64,000 bases of DNA, taken from the NCBI GenBank assembly GCA_002011115.2, contig MTME02000068.1, positions 606-64,605 on the forward strand. Direction: 5' to 3'. The position numbers were made by a program, and so were the translations under genes. Under the pieces are notes generated by a model. That model was not told the origin of the DNA. It saw only the letters and a program-made list of their open reading frames with translations, and searched no databases. This stretch comes from Candidatus Pyrohabitans sp. JdFR-17 (lineage in GTDB: Archaea > Hydrothermarchaeota > Hydrothermarchaeia > Hydrothermarchaeales > BMS3B). Of this stretch, positions 8,721 to 18,021 are shown piece after piece. Position 1 is the stretch's first letter. The number at the start of each line of letters is the position of its first letter.

Positions 8721-9713
8721 ATGAGCGGACGGAATAAATTGAGATGGGTGGCACTACCTCTACTGGTTCTATTTGCAGCATGCATATCAGGTGGAAATAG
8801 CAAATATATGCCTGAGGTTGAGTTAGAGAAGCCCCATTACTACTATGACGTGCTGGTGCATAAGGACTACCTGTATGCCACCTCACCCTGGGGTTTAGAC
8901 GTGTTCTCTGTCAATGGCGAAAAGCTGTCCCGCATTGGCGGATTTGAAACACCCGGCGAAGCCCAGACTCTCGCTCTTTCGAGGGATAGACTCTACCTCA
9001 GCGACACCACGGGCAGGCTTTTTGTGTTGAATGTGAGCACACCCTCATTGCCGCGTTTGATTGCCGAGCTAGAGTTAAACAAAACTGCCCAGAAGATTGT
9101 GATTTCGGGAAACAGGGCATATCTAGCGTGTGTCTCTTCAGGGCTGGTAATTCTTGACATTCAGAAACTTAAAGAGGTGGGGTTCTACAAGCCCAAAAAA
9201 TACAGCTACCCGAAGGGAATATTTCTCCAAGGCGAAAGGCTGTACATCGCAGACTTCACGCTAGGTATGTACGTGGTAGAGGTGAGGAACGACTCCCTTA
9301 CACTCTTAACTTCGCAATCCACATCCAGCGTGGCTCATGATGTGCTTGTCTCCAATGGCTATGCCTACGTTGCAAGCTCCGACGGGGGAGTGGACGTATT
9401 TAAAATCTCTGGAAAAGTACCTGTGTGGGTACAGAACCTTCCTCTCCCCGGCTTTGCTCTTCGCCTGGAAAGGTATAGAGATTACCTCCTAGTTACCCTC
9501 GCAAATGAAGGCGTTGCTTTGCTCGAGATACAGAGGGACGGCAGGCTCAAGCTGATTGAACAATACGACACCCCTGGCAACGCGTACGGCATAGCTCTTG
9601 CCAATGGCTACGCATATGTGGCTGACTATGATGGAGGCATAGTGGTGCTCGACCTCTCGCAGCTTCCAGAGCTTGCGCCAGTGGCTTTCGCTATGCCGGA
9701 GGTGAGTCAATGA
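8721..9713 (+). CDS. Secreted lipoprotein, LVIVD-repeat beta-propeller
   Basis: Lipobox LFAAC. About seven LVIVD-like blades: GLDVFSV, RLFVLNV, GLVILDI, GMYVVEV, GVDVFKI, GVALLEI, GIVVLDL. Confidence 0.7.
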   Translation: MSGRNKLRWVALPLLVLFAACISGGNSKYMPEVELEKPHYYYDVLVHKDYLYATSPWGLDVFSVNGEKLSRIGGFETPGEAQTLALSRDRLYLSDTTGRLFVLNVSTPSLPRLIAELELNKTAQKIVISGNRAYLACVSSGLVILDIQKLKEVGFYKPKKYSYPKGIFLQGERLYIADFTLGMYVVEVRNDSLTLLTSQSTSSVAHDVLVSNGYAYVASSDGGVDVFKISGKVPVWVQNLPLPGFALRLERYRDYLLVTLANEGVALLEIQRDGRLKLIEQYDTPGNAYGIALANGYAYVADYDGGIVVLDLSQLPELAPVAFAMPEVSQ

Positions 9714-11167
9714 AAGCAAGTGTGGGTACCAAAATGATGCTCGCCGTAGGCATAATAGTGTTTCTTTCAGTACAGGGCATCTTCTACTACATGAGCGAAA
9801 GCCACGAGAAGAACATAATGGAACAGCTCCACCAGCAGGCAAAGAGCATCGCTGACCAGATTCTCCTGGTAAGGCTTTGGGCGGCGGAGAACAGAGAACG
9901 TGTTACACCAGTACCGGCGGAACTCACCTATGAGCTCTCAGAACTTTCAAATGAAATGTACGACTACAAGATTAAGCTAGTAACCATGAAACCCAGAGAC
10001 CCCGAGAATTACCCATCTGACAACTTCGAGAAATGGGTGATTCAGGAGTTTATGCAGGGGAAGGGCGGAGAAGAGTATGCGATAACTGGCGATTTTTATG
10101 AGTTTGCTGTACCTCTCTATGTAGAAGAGCCCTGCCTCAAATGCCACATTGACCAGGGCTATCGCGAGGGCGATCTGCGCGGTGCACTGGTGATAGAGAT
10201 ACCAGTTAACGAGGTGATGGCATCTCTCGAAAAAACCAGAAAAGAACTTATTATCTATGGGTTTGTGATTTCTCTCGGTATAATGCTGGCTATTCTGGGT
10301 ATTATGAGGATAGTGGTCATAACGCCTCTGAACAAAGTTAAGGAAGCTGCCATAAAGCTGGCGAGACGTGACTATTCCGCCCGCGTTGAAGTGGACAATG
10401 AAGATGAGCTTGGCGAGCTAGCCAAGGTGTTCAACTCTATGGTTGAGGAGTTAAAGAACAAAGAAGCTCAGGTGATTCAAAGTGAAAAGATGGCAACAGT
10501 GGGCAAGCTTGCCGCTGGAATAGCGCATCAGATAAACAACCCTCTCGCTAATATAATACTCTACTCACAGATTCACCGCGAGGATGTAAACGACGAGGAG
10601 ACAAAGAAAGTGCTGGAGATAATTGAAGAAGAGGCTTCCCTCGCCTCTAAGGTTGTGCAAGGACTTCTAGACTTTTCAAGACAGCGCGAATTTAAAAATG
10701 AGACGGTACAGGTTAATGAGGTTATAAGAAAAATGTTAAATATTCTTAAACCACAATTACAATATAAAAACATAAATCTTGAGCTTGACCTCGACAAGAA
10801 CTTGCCAGAGATTAAAGGTGACTCTGCAAAGCTTCTCGACGCCTTCATAAACATCGCCACGAATGCGATAGATGCAATGAAGGAAGGTGGGAAGCTGAGC
10901 ATCCGCACGTATAAAAGCGATGGAAAAGTGGTGGTGGAAATTGCTGACACAGGCGTGGGTATACCAGATGAGCATCTCAGCAAAATATTTGACCCCTTCT
11001 TCACCACAAAGGAGGTGGGCAAGGGTACCGGGCTGGGGTTATATATTACCTATAGTGTAATTGAGAAGCACGATGGCGAGATAGAGGTGAAGAGCAGGGT
11101 TGGAGAAGGTACGACCTTTAAGATCTACTTACCAGGTGAGGTGAATGCAGGAAATACTCATAGTTGA
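9710..11167 (+). CDS. Sensor histidine kinase with periplasmic DUF3365/Tll0287-like heme-c domain
   Basis: TM, then an extracytoplasmic domain with CLKCH and GALVIEIP, then TM and HAMP. H-box AAGIAHQINNPL, N-box NIATNAIDAM, G-boxes DTGVGI and GKGTGLGL. Confidence 0.85.
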   Translation: MKASVGTKMMLAVGIIVFLSVQGIFYYMSESHEKNIMEQLHQQAKSIADQILLVRLWAAENRERVTPVPAELTYELSELSNEMYDYKIKLVTMKPRDPENYPSDNFEKWVIQEFMQGKGGEEYAITGDFYEFAVPLYVEEPCLKCHIDQGYREGDLRGALVIEIPVNEVMASLEKTRKELIIYGFVISLGIMLAILGIMRIVVITPLNKVKEAAIKLARRDYSARVEVDNEDELGELAKVFNSMVEELKNKEAQVIQSEKMATVGKLAAGIAHQINNPLANIILYSQIHREDVNDEETKKVLEIIEEEASLASKVVQGLLDFSRQREFKNETVQVNEVIRKMLNILKPQLQYKNINLELDLDKNLPEIKGDSAKLLDAFINIATNAIDAMKEGGKLSIRTYKSDGKVVVEIADTGVGIPDEHLSKIFDPFFTTKEVGKGTGLGLYITYSVIEKHDGEIEVKSRVGEGTTFKIYLPGEVNAGNTHS

Positions 11168-11798
11168 GGACGACCCCAAACTTAGAGAGGGACTTAGGAT
11201 ACTCTTGGAAAAGAAGGGTTACTCGCCCAAGATCGCCGAGGACGGAGTGAAGGCAATAAACATGATTAAGAAGCAGAAATTTGACCTGGTAATCACTGAT
11301 CTCGTAATGCCGGGCGCTGATGGCATGGAAGTGCTGAGGAGTGTTAAGAAGTACTCCCCCCTCACCAAGGTGATAATAATCACCGCCTTTGGTACTGTAG
11401 ACAGCGCCGTACGCGCCATGAAGATGGGGGCGAGCGACTACATACTAAAACCCTTCAAGGTGGAAGAGATAAGAAATAAGATTCTGCGCCTGCTGGAAGA
11501 GACCCGCATAGAGGAGGAGAGCAGGGAGAGGATAGAGGCGCAGGAACCGGGTAAGGATGTACTCAAGTCTCTCTCAAATCCGATAAGGCGCAGGATAATG
11601 GAATACCTCCACGCCAAAGGTAAGGCGAGGTTTACCGACATAATGAACTACCTAGGCATAGACGAACCTGCCAAGCTCGGTTTCCATCTGCGTGTTCTAA
11701 AGCAATCTGGGCTTATAGCGCAGGATGAGAACCGTCACTACTACATTTCCGAAGCCGGAAAGCGGGCCTTCATGACATTGCTGTCCCTTGAGGGTTAG
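11145..11798 (+). CDS. Response regulator with C-terminal ArsR-like winged helix
   Basis: Receiver plus LSNPIRRRIMEYL...LGFHLRVLKQSGLI. Overlaps the kinase gene end. Confidence 0.85.
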   Translation: MQEILIVEDDPKLREGLRILLEKKGYSPKIAEDGVKAINMIKKQKFDLVITDLVMPGADGMEVLRSVKKYSPLTKVIIITAFGTVDSAVRAMKMGASDYILKPFKVEEIRNKILRLLEETRIEEESRERIEAQEPGKDVLKSLSNPIRRRIMEYLHAKGKARFTDIMNYLGIDEPAKLGFHLRVLKQSGLIAQDENRHYYISEAGKRAFMTLLSLEG

Positions 11799-11966
11799 TT
11801 GTTTAAATAAATTATTAAATTTTGGCAGGATTTTAAATTGGAGTATTTGAATTAGGTGGCTTTATAAAAATTTAATTTAACTAATTCTTGTGGTATAAAC
11901 TATTTTTTAAAAAAAGTTTTATCATTTCAAAATTTAGTGAATATCATTCAGAGCGGAGGTGAAAAT

Positions 11967-14447
11967 ATGGAAATAAGCATGAGCAGGCGTGAGTTCATAA
12001 AAACCTCAGCGGCGACCGCAGCTATGCTTGCCGCTGGTATGAGTGCTCCTGCGATGGCTGCGCAGGGTGATGGGAAGATAAAGTTTGGCCGCGCTCAGTG
12101 CAGATTCTGTGGTACGGGGTGCACAGTGCTCGTAGGTGTGCGCAACGGCAGAGTTGTTGCCGTCAAAGGCGATGCCAATTCACCCATAAACTTCGGCAGG
12201 CTGTGTATGAAGGGTTATTCCCTGCCCCACATAATGTACGGAGGCGGTGGCAAAGAGCGCCTGACCAAGCCAATGGTCAGACAGCCCGATGGTAGTTTCA
12301 AGGAGGTAAGCTGGGACGAAGCTCTGGAGCTGATCGCAGATACCTTTGCAAAGTACATCAAGGAGTACGGCCCGGACAGCGTTGCCTGGTACGGCTCAGG
12401 GCAGAACACCACTCAAGAAGCATACGCTGCTAACAAGCTGTTTAAAGGTATAATTGGCACTGCCAACGTTGAGGGTAATCCCAGGCTGTGTATGGCTTCT
12501 GCGGTAGGAGGGTACCTCAACACCTTTGGCGCAGACGAGCCCGCTGGGAGTTATGACGACATAGACTATGCGGACACCTTCTTCATAATAGGCTCAAACA
12601 TGGCAGAGCAGCATCCAATGCTCTTCCGCAGGGTTATAGACAGGAAGAGCGCATATCCAGACAGGGTGCGCGTTATAGTAGCAGACCCGCGCACAACGCC
12701 AACGGCGAGGTACGCGGACCTTCACCTCAAATTCAAGCCGGGTACAGACATGTACCTGCTGAATGCAATGGCTTATGTTATAATAGAAGAGGATCTGGTC
12801 GACTATGAGCACCTGAAGCACTGCACCTTCAGAGTCGGTCTTGGTCCTGCCGGCGAAGAGGTGGACCTCGACGGATTCAAGGAGTTCCTCAAGGACTACA
12901 CGCCAGAGAAAGTTTCCGACATAACCGGCGTACCCGCCGAGGACATACGCTTAGCTGCGAAGTGGTTCGGACGCAAGGGTTACTCTGCGCTAAGCATGTG
13001 GACCATGGGCTTGAACCAGCGCACTCAGGGTGTAGAGCTTAACTGTCAGGTGCACAACCTGCATCTGCTAACCGGCAAGATAGGTAAGCCCGGTTGCGAT
13101 TCTCTTAGCTTGACAGGGCAGCCTAATGCGTGCGGAGGTACACGCGAACAGGGCGGATTAACTCACATCCTGCCGGGGCATAGAGCAGTTGCCAACGAGA
13201 AACACCGCAAGGAGGTCGCCGAGGTCTGGGGCGTGCCCGTTGAACAGATGCCCAAGAAGCCCACCGGGCCAGCGGTCAACATGTTCATGCGCCTAGAGAA
13301 GGGTGATATCAAGGCAATATGGATAAACACCACCAACCCCGCACATAGCCTGCCCAACTGCGACCGCTATGCGGAGGCGATGCGAAAAGCATTCACTGTG
13401 GTGAGCGACATATACTGGAATAAAACTACTGAAGTTGCGACAGTTGTTCTCCCCAGTGCAATGTGGGTAGAGAAAGAGGGCATAATGGGTCAAACCGATA
13501 GAAGAAGCCAGTTCATACCGAAGCTGGTAGACCCGCCAGGCGAGGCAAAGCCCGACTTCTGGCAGATTAACGAGGTCGCCAGGCGAATAGCAGAGAAGCT
13601 GGGCAGAAAGGTCAAGTATGCTGTCAGGGACAGGAAAGACCCGGTAAAAATCCTGAGCACAATAGAGGTCTACGGTCTTGGATTCTACGATGACCCGAGG
13701 GTTAAGAAAGGGGAGATGACCCCAGAGGAGGCTGCCTGGAACGAGTACAGGGTACTCACAAAGGGTCAGGATGTCGACCTCTATGGTGCCACCTACGAGA
13801 AGCTCAAAGCCCATGCAGGAGGCGTACAATGGCCATGCCCGAGCACAGAGTTTGACAACCGCGGCAGCAACAAGCGCTACATCTCCCGCGATTATGCTAT
13901 AAAGGTCTTCGGTACAGACAAGAAGAGGTATGCCACCGGCTACGTTACGCTCTACGACCAGCACATGGAGGAGCACGGCTATCCGGGACCAATAAACTAC
14001 TATGGTGGGCACAAGCTCAAGAACACAAAGGACAAGGCGGTTATCCGCGCATTAACGCCTCGTATGGACTACGAGATGCCCGACAGCAGCTATCCCTTTG
14101 TGCTCAACACCGGCAGAGTTATAGAACACTGGCACACTGGTACAATGACCATGCGTGTGCGCCTGCTGCGTGAGCTTAATCCAGCGGCCTACGTGGAGAT
14201 TCACCCAGATGATGCAGACAGGTTGGGCGTAAAGAGTGGTGAGAATGTGATGCTTATCTCACCGCGCGGCAGTATCATTCTGCCTGCATGGGTGACGGAG
14301 CGCGCCCAGCCTGGCATGGTGTTCGTGCCCTGGTTCGACGAAAAGAGGCTTATCAACGACCTAACCGTAGACGTGCCCGATAGCTGGTCAAAGGCGAAAG
14401 AGCCTGACTACAAGGTGTGCAAGATTAAGGTGGTCAAAGCCACCTAA
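11967..14447 (+). CDS. napA: Periplasmic nitrate reductase catalytic subunit NapA-like (molybdopterin oxidoreductase)
   Basis: Start moved to the ATG after the GGAGGTGA RBS. Tat signal SRREFIKTSAATAAMLAAG. [4Fe-4S] motif CRFCGTGCTVLVG...GRLCMKGY. Followed by napG/H/D homologs. Confidence 0.8.
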   Translation: MEISMSRREFIKTSAATAAMLAAGMSAPAMAAQGDGKIKFGRAQCRFCGTGCTVLVGVRNGRVVAVKGDANSPINFGRLCMKGYSLPHIMYGGGGKERLTKPMVRQPDGSFKEVSWDEALELIADTFAKYIKEYGPDSVAWYGSGQNTTQEAYAANKLFKGIIGTANVEGNPRLCMASAVGGYLNTFGADEPAGSYDDIDYADTFFIIGSNMAEQHPMLFRRVIDRKSAYPDRVRVIVADPRTTPTARYADLHLKFKPGTDMYLLNAMAYVIIEEDLVDYEHLKHCTFRVGLGPAGEEVDLDGFKEFLKDYTPEKVSDITGVPAEDIRLAAKWFGRKGYSALSMWTMGLNQRTQGVELNCQVHNLHLLTGKIGKPGCDSLSLTGQPNACGGTREQGGLTHILPGHRAVANEKHRKEVAEVWGVPVEQMPKKPTGPAVNMFMRLEKGDIKAIWINTTNPAHSLPNCDRYAEAMRKAFTVVSDIYWNKTTEVATVVLPSAMWVEKEGIMGQTDRRSQFIPKLVDPPGEAKPDFWQINEVARRIAEKLGRKVKYAVRDRKDPVKILSTIEVYGLGFYDDPRVKKGEMTPEEAAWNEYRVLTKGQDVDLYGATYEKLKAHAGGVQWPCPSTEFDNRGSNKRYISRDYAIKVFGTDKKRYATGYVTLYDQHMEEHGYPGPINYYGGHKLKNTKDKAVIRALTPRMDYEMPDSSYPFVLNTGRVIEHWHTGTMTMRVRLLRELNPAAYVEIHPDDADRLGVKSGENVMLISPRGSIILPAWVTERAQPGMVFVPWFDEKRLINDLTVDVPDSWSKAKEPDYKVCKIKVVKAT

Positions 14448-14551
14448 AACCTTATTTATTTTTAAAGCAGGTCTTACTAAATTTTATTTTATAATCAGAT
14501 TTATAAATTATTGGGGCAGTATACTTAAAATAAAAGTTTCTGGTGTTATAT

Positions 14552-14992
14552 ATGCGGCTTGCAATAGTGCTTTTCCTGATAATGCTCATTCTCGCAGGGT
14601 GTGTCGAGAAGGAAGAGACAGTTGTAGCTACAGAGAAAAAACCTTCACCGCCGCTGGCTGAGGAAGCTCCTGAAACCCAGGTTCAGAAAGAAAAAGTTGA
14701 AAAGAAAGCTGGACTGACAATAGCTGATATCCTCAATAACCCGGCGGCATACGAAGGCAAGGAGGTAATACTGCGCGGCAGAGCTACGCCTGGCTTAGCC
14801 TTTGAATTTGTGGATGAGCAGCCATATTTGCTGAGCGATGGTACGGGGGAGATATGGGTGATTACCCGGGCTATGATGCCCATGCAGGGGGCTGAGATAA
14901 CGGTGAGAGGCGAGGTGGTGGTACCCTACCAGATTAAAGGGCGCCACTACGAGGTTGCGCTCATTGAGATTGAAAGGGAGGAAGAGTATTGA
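14552..14992 (+). CDS. Small lipoprotein with OB-fold-like C-terminal domain, function unknown
   Basis: Lipobox LAGC, E/K-rich linker, then YEGKEVILRGRA...ITVRGEVV. Overlaps the napG start. Confidence 0.5.
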   Translation: MRLAIVLFLIMLILAGCVEKEETVVATEKKPSPPLAEEAPETQVQKEKVEKKAGLTIADILNNPAAYEGKEVILRGRATPGLAFEFVDEQPYLLSDGTGEIWVITRAMMPMQGAEITVRGEVVVPYQIKGRHYEVALIEIEREEEY

Positions 14993-15732
14993 GGCTGAGC
15001 AGGAGGAGCTTTATAAGGAGCTCTGCGCTGCTGTGGTTCGGCTTTTTTGGGTTTAAGATGAGAAGAGACGTGCCTGTCATCCGTCCTCCAGGCGCAACGA
15101 GTGATTTTCTTGCACGCTGCATACGCTGCGGTAAGTGCGGCGAAGCCTGCCCCTATGACTCCATAAAGTTTTTTGACATAAGCGCGGGTGCAAACGTGGC
15201 AACCCCCTACATAGACCCCCTTGAGACACCGTGTTATCTCTGCCTCAAGCGCACCAGCGAGGGCAAGGACGAGCCTCTCAGCGACTACCTTCTGTGTGGC
15301 GAAGCTTGCCCCACGGGCGCACTGAAGAAGATTAAGAACGACAGGGATACGCTGCTTTCGCTTCCCGATGAGCTGAAGATGGGTGTTTCTGTGCTAAACC
15401 GCGATATTTGCTTAGCCTGGCAGTACGATTCCTGCGGGGAGTGCTACTACAACTGCCCTCTGCGAGACGACGCCATGCTGGATTACCCGCCAAACGAGGT
15501 TATCACAGGTGCAGTAGGGATTCGCCCCTATGTTAATGAGAAGCACTGCGTGGGCTGCGGAATGTGCAACTACGTGTGCCCCGTGAATGAAAAGATAGCA
15601 AAGGCTACGGTCGAGCCTGGAAGGAAGCTTACATACTTCGAGGAGCGTTACGCTGCCATGGTGAGAAATGTTATAGGCAAAGCAGGACGCGAAGTAAAGC
15701 TTCCAGCTGTACGCGTGGTTAAGAGGGTGTAG
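14989..15732 (+). CDS. napG: NapG-like periplasmic poly-ferredoxin
   Basis: Tat signal SRRSFIR. Clusters CIRCGKCGEACP, CGEACP, CGECYYNCP and CVGCGMCNYVCP. Confidence 0.75.
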   Translation: MRLSRRSFIRSSALLWFGFFGFKMRRDVPVIRPPGATSDFLARCIRCGKCGEACPYDSIKFFDISAGANVATPYIDPLETPCYLCLKRTSEGKDEPLSDYLLCGEACPTGALKKIKNDRDTLLSLPDELKMGVSVLNRDICLAWQYDSCGECYYNCPLRDDAMLDYPPNEVITGAVGIRPYVNEKHCVGCGMCNYVCPVNEKIAKATVEPGRKLTYFEERYAAMVRNVIGKAGREVKLPAVRVVKRV

Positions 15733-15733
15733 C

Positions 15734-16588
15734 ATGAAGGTAAAGGTAATAAGGCGGGTGTTTCAGCTTGCTGTGCTTGCCGTGCTCATCGCTGTGCCTA
15801 TTTACACCCAGAACCCCATAGAGTGGGCACCCTCGCGCATAGCTCTGGGAGAGCTTCCTCCCCCCAGGGTTTCTCAGGTGTGGGGCGACACCTGGAGCTT
15901 CAGCTTCTACGGCATAAACATAACCCATCCCCTTGCCGCTCTGGAAGCGATTCTCGCCGCGAAGGTTATCTACCTCCCGCTTATTATGGCTGCTCTGCTA
16001 CCTATCGCGATAACGCTGCTCCTGGGCAGGGTTTTCTGCTCCTGGCTCTGCCCGGTAGGCTTTCTGCTGGAACTGAATCAGAGGTTTAGGAGCTTTCTCA
16101 GGGCAAGGGGGATAGGGGTAAAGGTAAAACTCAGAGATTACCGCTATCATCTGCTGGGCTTTACGCTAATGCTCACATTCTTCTTTGCCACTCCCATTGT
16201 ATCCGCCTTTGACCCTCCTCATGTGCTCGGAAGGGAGCTCTTTTACCTGTTCACCTATCACAGCGTGAGTCTTGGTGGCATAGCCCTCCTCACTGGAATC
16301 TTTGCCTTTGAGGCTCTTGCCGCCGAGCGGGGATGGTGCCGCTCACTGTGTCCCGCAGGAGGTCTTCTTTCTCTGCTTGGAGCGAAGAGATTGCTCAAAA
16401 TACAGAAAAGGAAGGAGCGCTGCATATTGTGCGGAGAATGCAACCTTGCCTGCCCCTACGACCTTCGCCCTGTAGAGCTGGGCATAGATAAGGATTTTAA
16501 CGATAAAACCTGTGATAACTGTGGGCTGTGCAGAGACGCATGTCCTGCGGGTGCCCTGTACTATACCATTAATACCACAAGGAGGTGA
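15734..16588 (+). CDS. napH: NapH-like membrane iron-sulfur protein
   Basis: Polytopic, with CSWLCP and CRSLCP motifs. C-terminal clusters CILCGECNLACP and CDNCGLCRDACP. Confidence 0.75.
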   Translation: MKVKVIRRVFQLAVLAVLIAVPIYTQNPIEWAPSRIALGELPPPRVSQVWGDTWSFSFYGINITHPLAALEAILAAKVIYLPLIMAALLPIAITLLLGRVFCSWLCPVGFLLELNQRFRSFLRARGIGVKVKLRDYRYHLLGFTLMLTFFFATPIVSAFDPPHVLGRELFYLFTYHSVSLGGIALLTGIFAFEALAAERGWCRSLCPAGGLLSLLGAKRLLKIQKRKERCILCGECNLACPYDLRPVELGIDKDFNDKTCDNCGLCRDACPAGALYYTINTTRR

Positions 16589-16830
16589 AAAAGTTGCCGG
16601 TATCCGGAGCTGTGATTGTGCCTGTGCCGGGCAAGGAGGAGGAGGTTGAAAAGAATCTCAGAGCTCTGCCCGGCGTGGAGGTCAAAGGCAGAGGCGATAA
16701 GGGCATCGCCATTGTAATTGAAGGCGAGTCGACCGCCGAACTGCAGAGGCTGTCTGAGAGAATAGAAAAGTGGCAGAGTGTTGTGGACTTCCAGCTCATA
16801 TACGTGAATGTGGAGGACGAGGTGGAGTGA
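16585..16830 (+). CDS. napD: NapD-like maturation chaperone
   Basis: 81 aa. The pattern VSGAVIVPVP...LPGVEV...GIAIVIEGES...VVDFQLIYVNVEDE matches the NapD fold pattern. Confidence 0.65.
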   Translation: MKKLPVSGAVIVPVPGKEEEVEKNLRALPGVEVKGRGDKGIAIVIEGESTAELQRLSERIEKWQSVVDFQLIYVNVEDEVE

Positions 16831-17921
16831 GCAGGCTGGGATTTGTAGGCACACCCTGTCAGATTCAGGGGCTGCGCAAGCTCCAAGCTCTTGCAGATAA
16901 TCTGGAGCTGGGCTGGGCAAAAAACGTGGGTCTAGCGATTGGTCTCTTCTGCATGGGCAATTGGAGCTACCCCTGCATCAAGGGGTACCTGGAGAAGCAC
17001 GGGATTGAGCTGGAAAAGGTAAATAGGGCCACAATCTCTGGATATGAGGTTGAGATATCGCTTAGCAACGGGAGAGTTGTGCTGCCCCTTACAGGTCTTA
17101 GAAAATACGTCCGCCTTGCCTGCAAGCTATGCCTGGATTTTACCTCAGAGTTGGCGGACGTAAGCGTAGGCAGCATAGGCTCACCTCGTGGCTGGAGCAC
17201 AGTAATTGTGCGCTCAGCGCATGGTGAAGAGCTGGTGAGCAAAGCGGAGGCAGCAGGAGTAATTGAGGTCCGCGAGGTTAACGAGGCACAGCTCAAAAAG
17301 CTTGAAGAAACTGCAAGGAAGAAGATTGAGAGGAACACCAGGAGGATTTTGGGCAGGATTAGGCAGGGCATGAAAATACCTCACTACAGTACGAAAGAGT
17401 TACAGAGCCTGCCCATAGTAAGTGGAAAAGACTTCAAAGAACTCTGGGATGAGATAGTGGTCACTGGTTTGTGCGATGCCTGCGGCGCTTGTAGCGCCGC
17501 GTGTGAGCACATAGAGATGAGGAACGGGCTGCCAAGGTTGAGAAAGCGCTGCCCCACCGGATGTGACAGGTGTTACATCGCATGTACAAGAACAGCACTC
17601 CCAGTTGAAGTACTTGAAAGGAGTTTTAACCTCGGAGGTACTCATGCACCCTACATTGGAAGGTATCGGCGCATACTTGCTGCTCGCGCCACCAGCGAGG
17701 AGCTTCACGCCCGCGCGCAGGATGGTGGCGCGGTAACCGCGCTGATAAAATTTTCTTTAACCGCTGGCATAATAGACGAGGCACTCCTCACCTGCAGAAA
17801 TGAAGAATGGGAGCCCTTCGCAGTCTTTGTAGGAGGCGCTTCGGAGGTTTCAAGGTGCGCTGGTTCTGTGTACGCCGCCTCAAGTCCACTCCCACTGCTG
17901 CGCACACAGAGTTCATATTAA
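16827..17921 (+). CDS. FrhB/FdhB-family (F420-reactive flavo-FeS) protein with permuted domain order: C-domain, Cys cluster, N-domain
   Basis: Probable GTG start, overlapping the napD TGA as GTGA. GFVGTPCQIQGLRKL...ACKLCLDFTSELADVSVGS is FrhB C-domain-like. Cys cluster CDACGACSAACE...CPTGCDRCYIAC. DGGAVTALIKFSLTAGIIDEALL...GSVYAAS is FrhB N-domain-like. Confidence 0.6.
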   Translation: MSRLGFVGTPCQIQGLRKLQALADNLELGWAKNVGLAIGLFCMGNWSYPCIKGYLEKHGIELEKVNRATISGYEVEISLSNGRVVLPLTGLRKYVRLACKLCLDFTSELADVSVGSIGSPRGWSTVIVRSAHGEELVSKAEAAGVIEVREVNEAQLKKLEETARKKIERNTRRILGRIRQGMKIPHYSTKELQSLPIVSGKDFKELWDEIVVTGLCDACGACSAACEHIEMRNGLPRLRKRCPTGCDRCYIACTRTALPVEVLERSFNLGGTHAPYIGRYRRILAARATSEELHARAQDGGAVTALIKFSLTAGIIDEALLTCRNEEWEPFAVFVGGASEVSRCAGSVYAASSPLPLLRTQSSY

Positions 17922-18021
17922 CTTAAACTAAATTAAAATTTAATTTTTAAAATCTCTTTTAAACCTCTTTTTAAAAAAACTTATTTAATATATGAAGGGA
18001 AGGTGATTACCGGGTGAGAAT

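Noticed and set aside
13293-14012. 239-aa ORF antisense to napA
   Set aside because: It lies entirely inside the strongly supported NapA reading frame. It has an odd composition (Cys/Leu/Val-rich with no motifs) and no RBS context. This is a typical shadow ORF of a GC-balanced gene.
16770-16826. ATG start at 16770 for the FrhB-like ORF (MAECCGLPAHIRECGG...)
   Set aside because: It would overlap the last 60 nt of napD. The GTG at 16827, forming GTGA with the napD stop, gives an N-terminus that starts right at the conserved GFVGTPCQ block. This remains uncertain.
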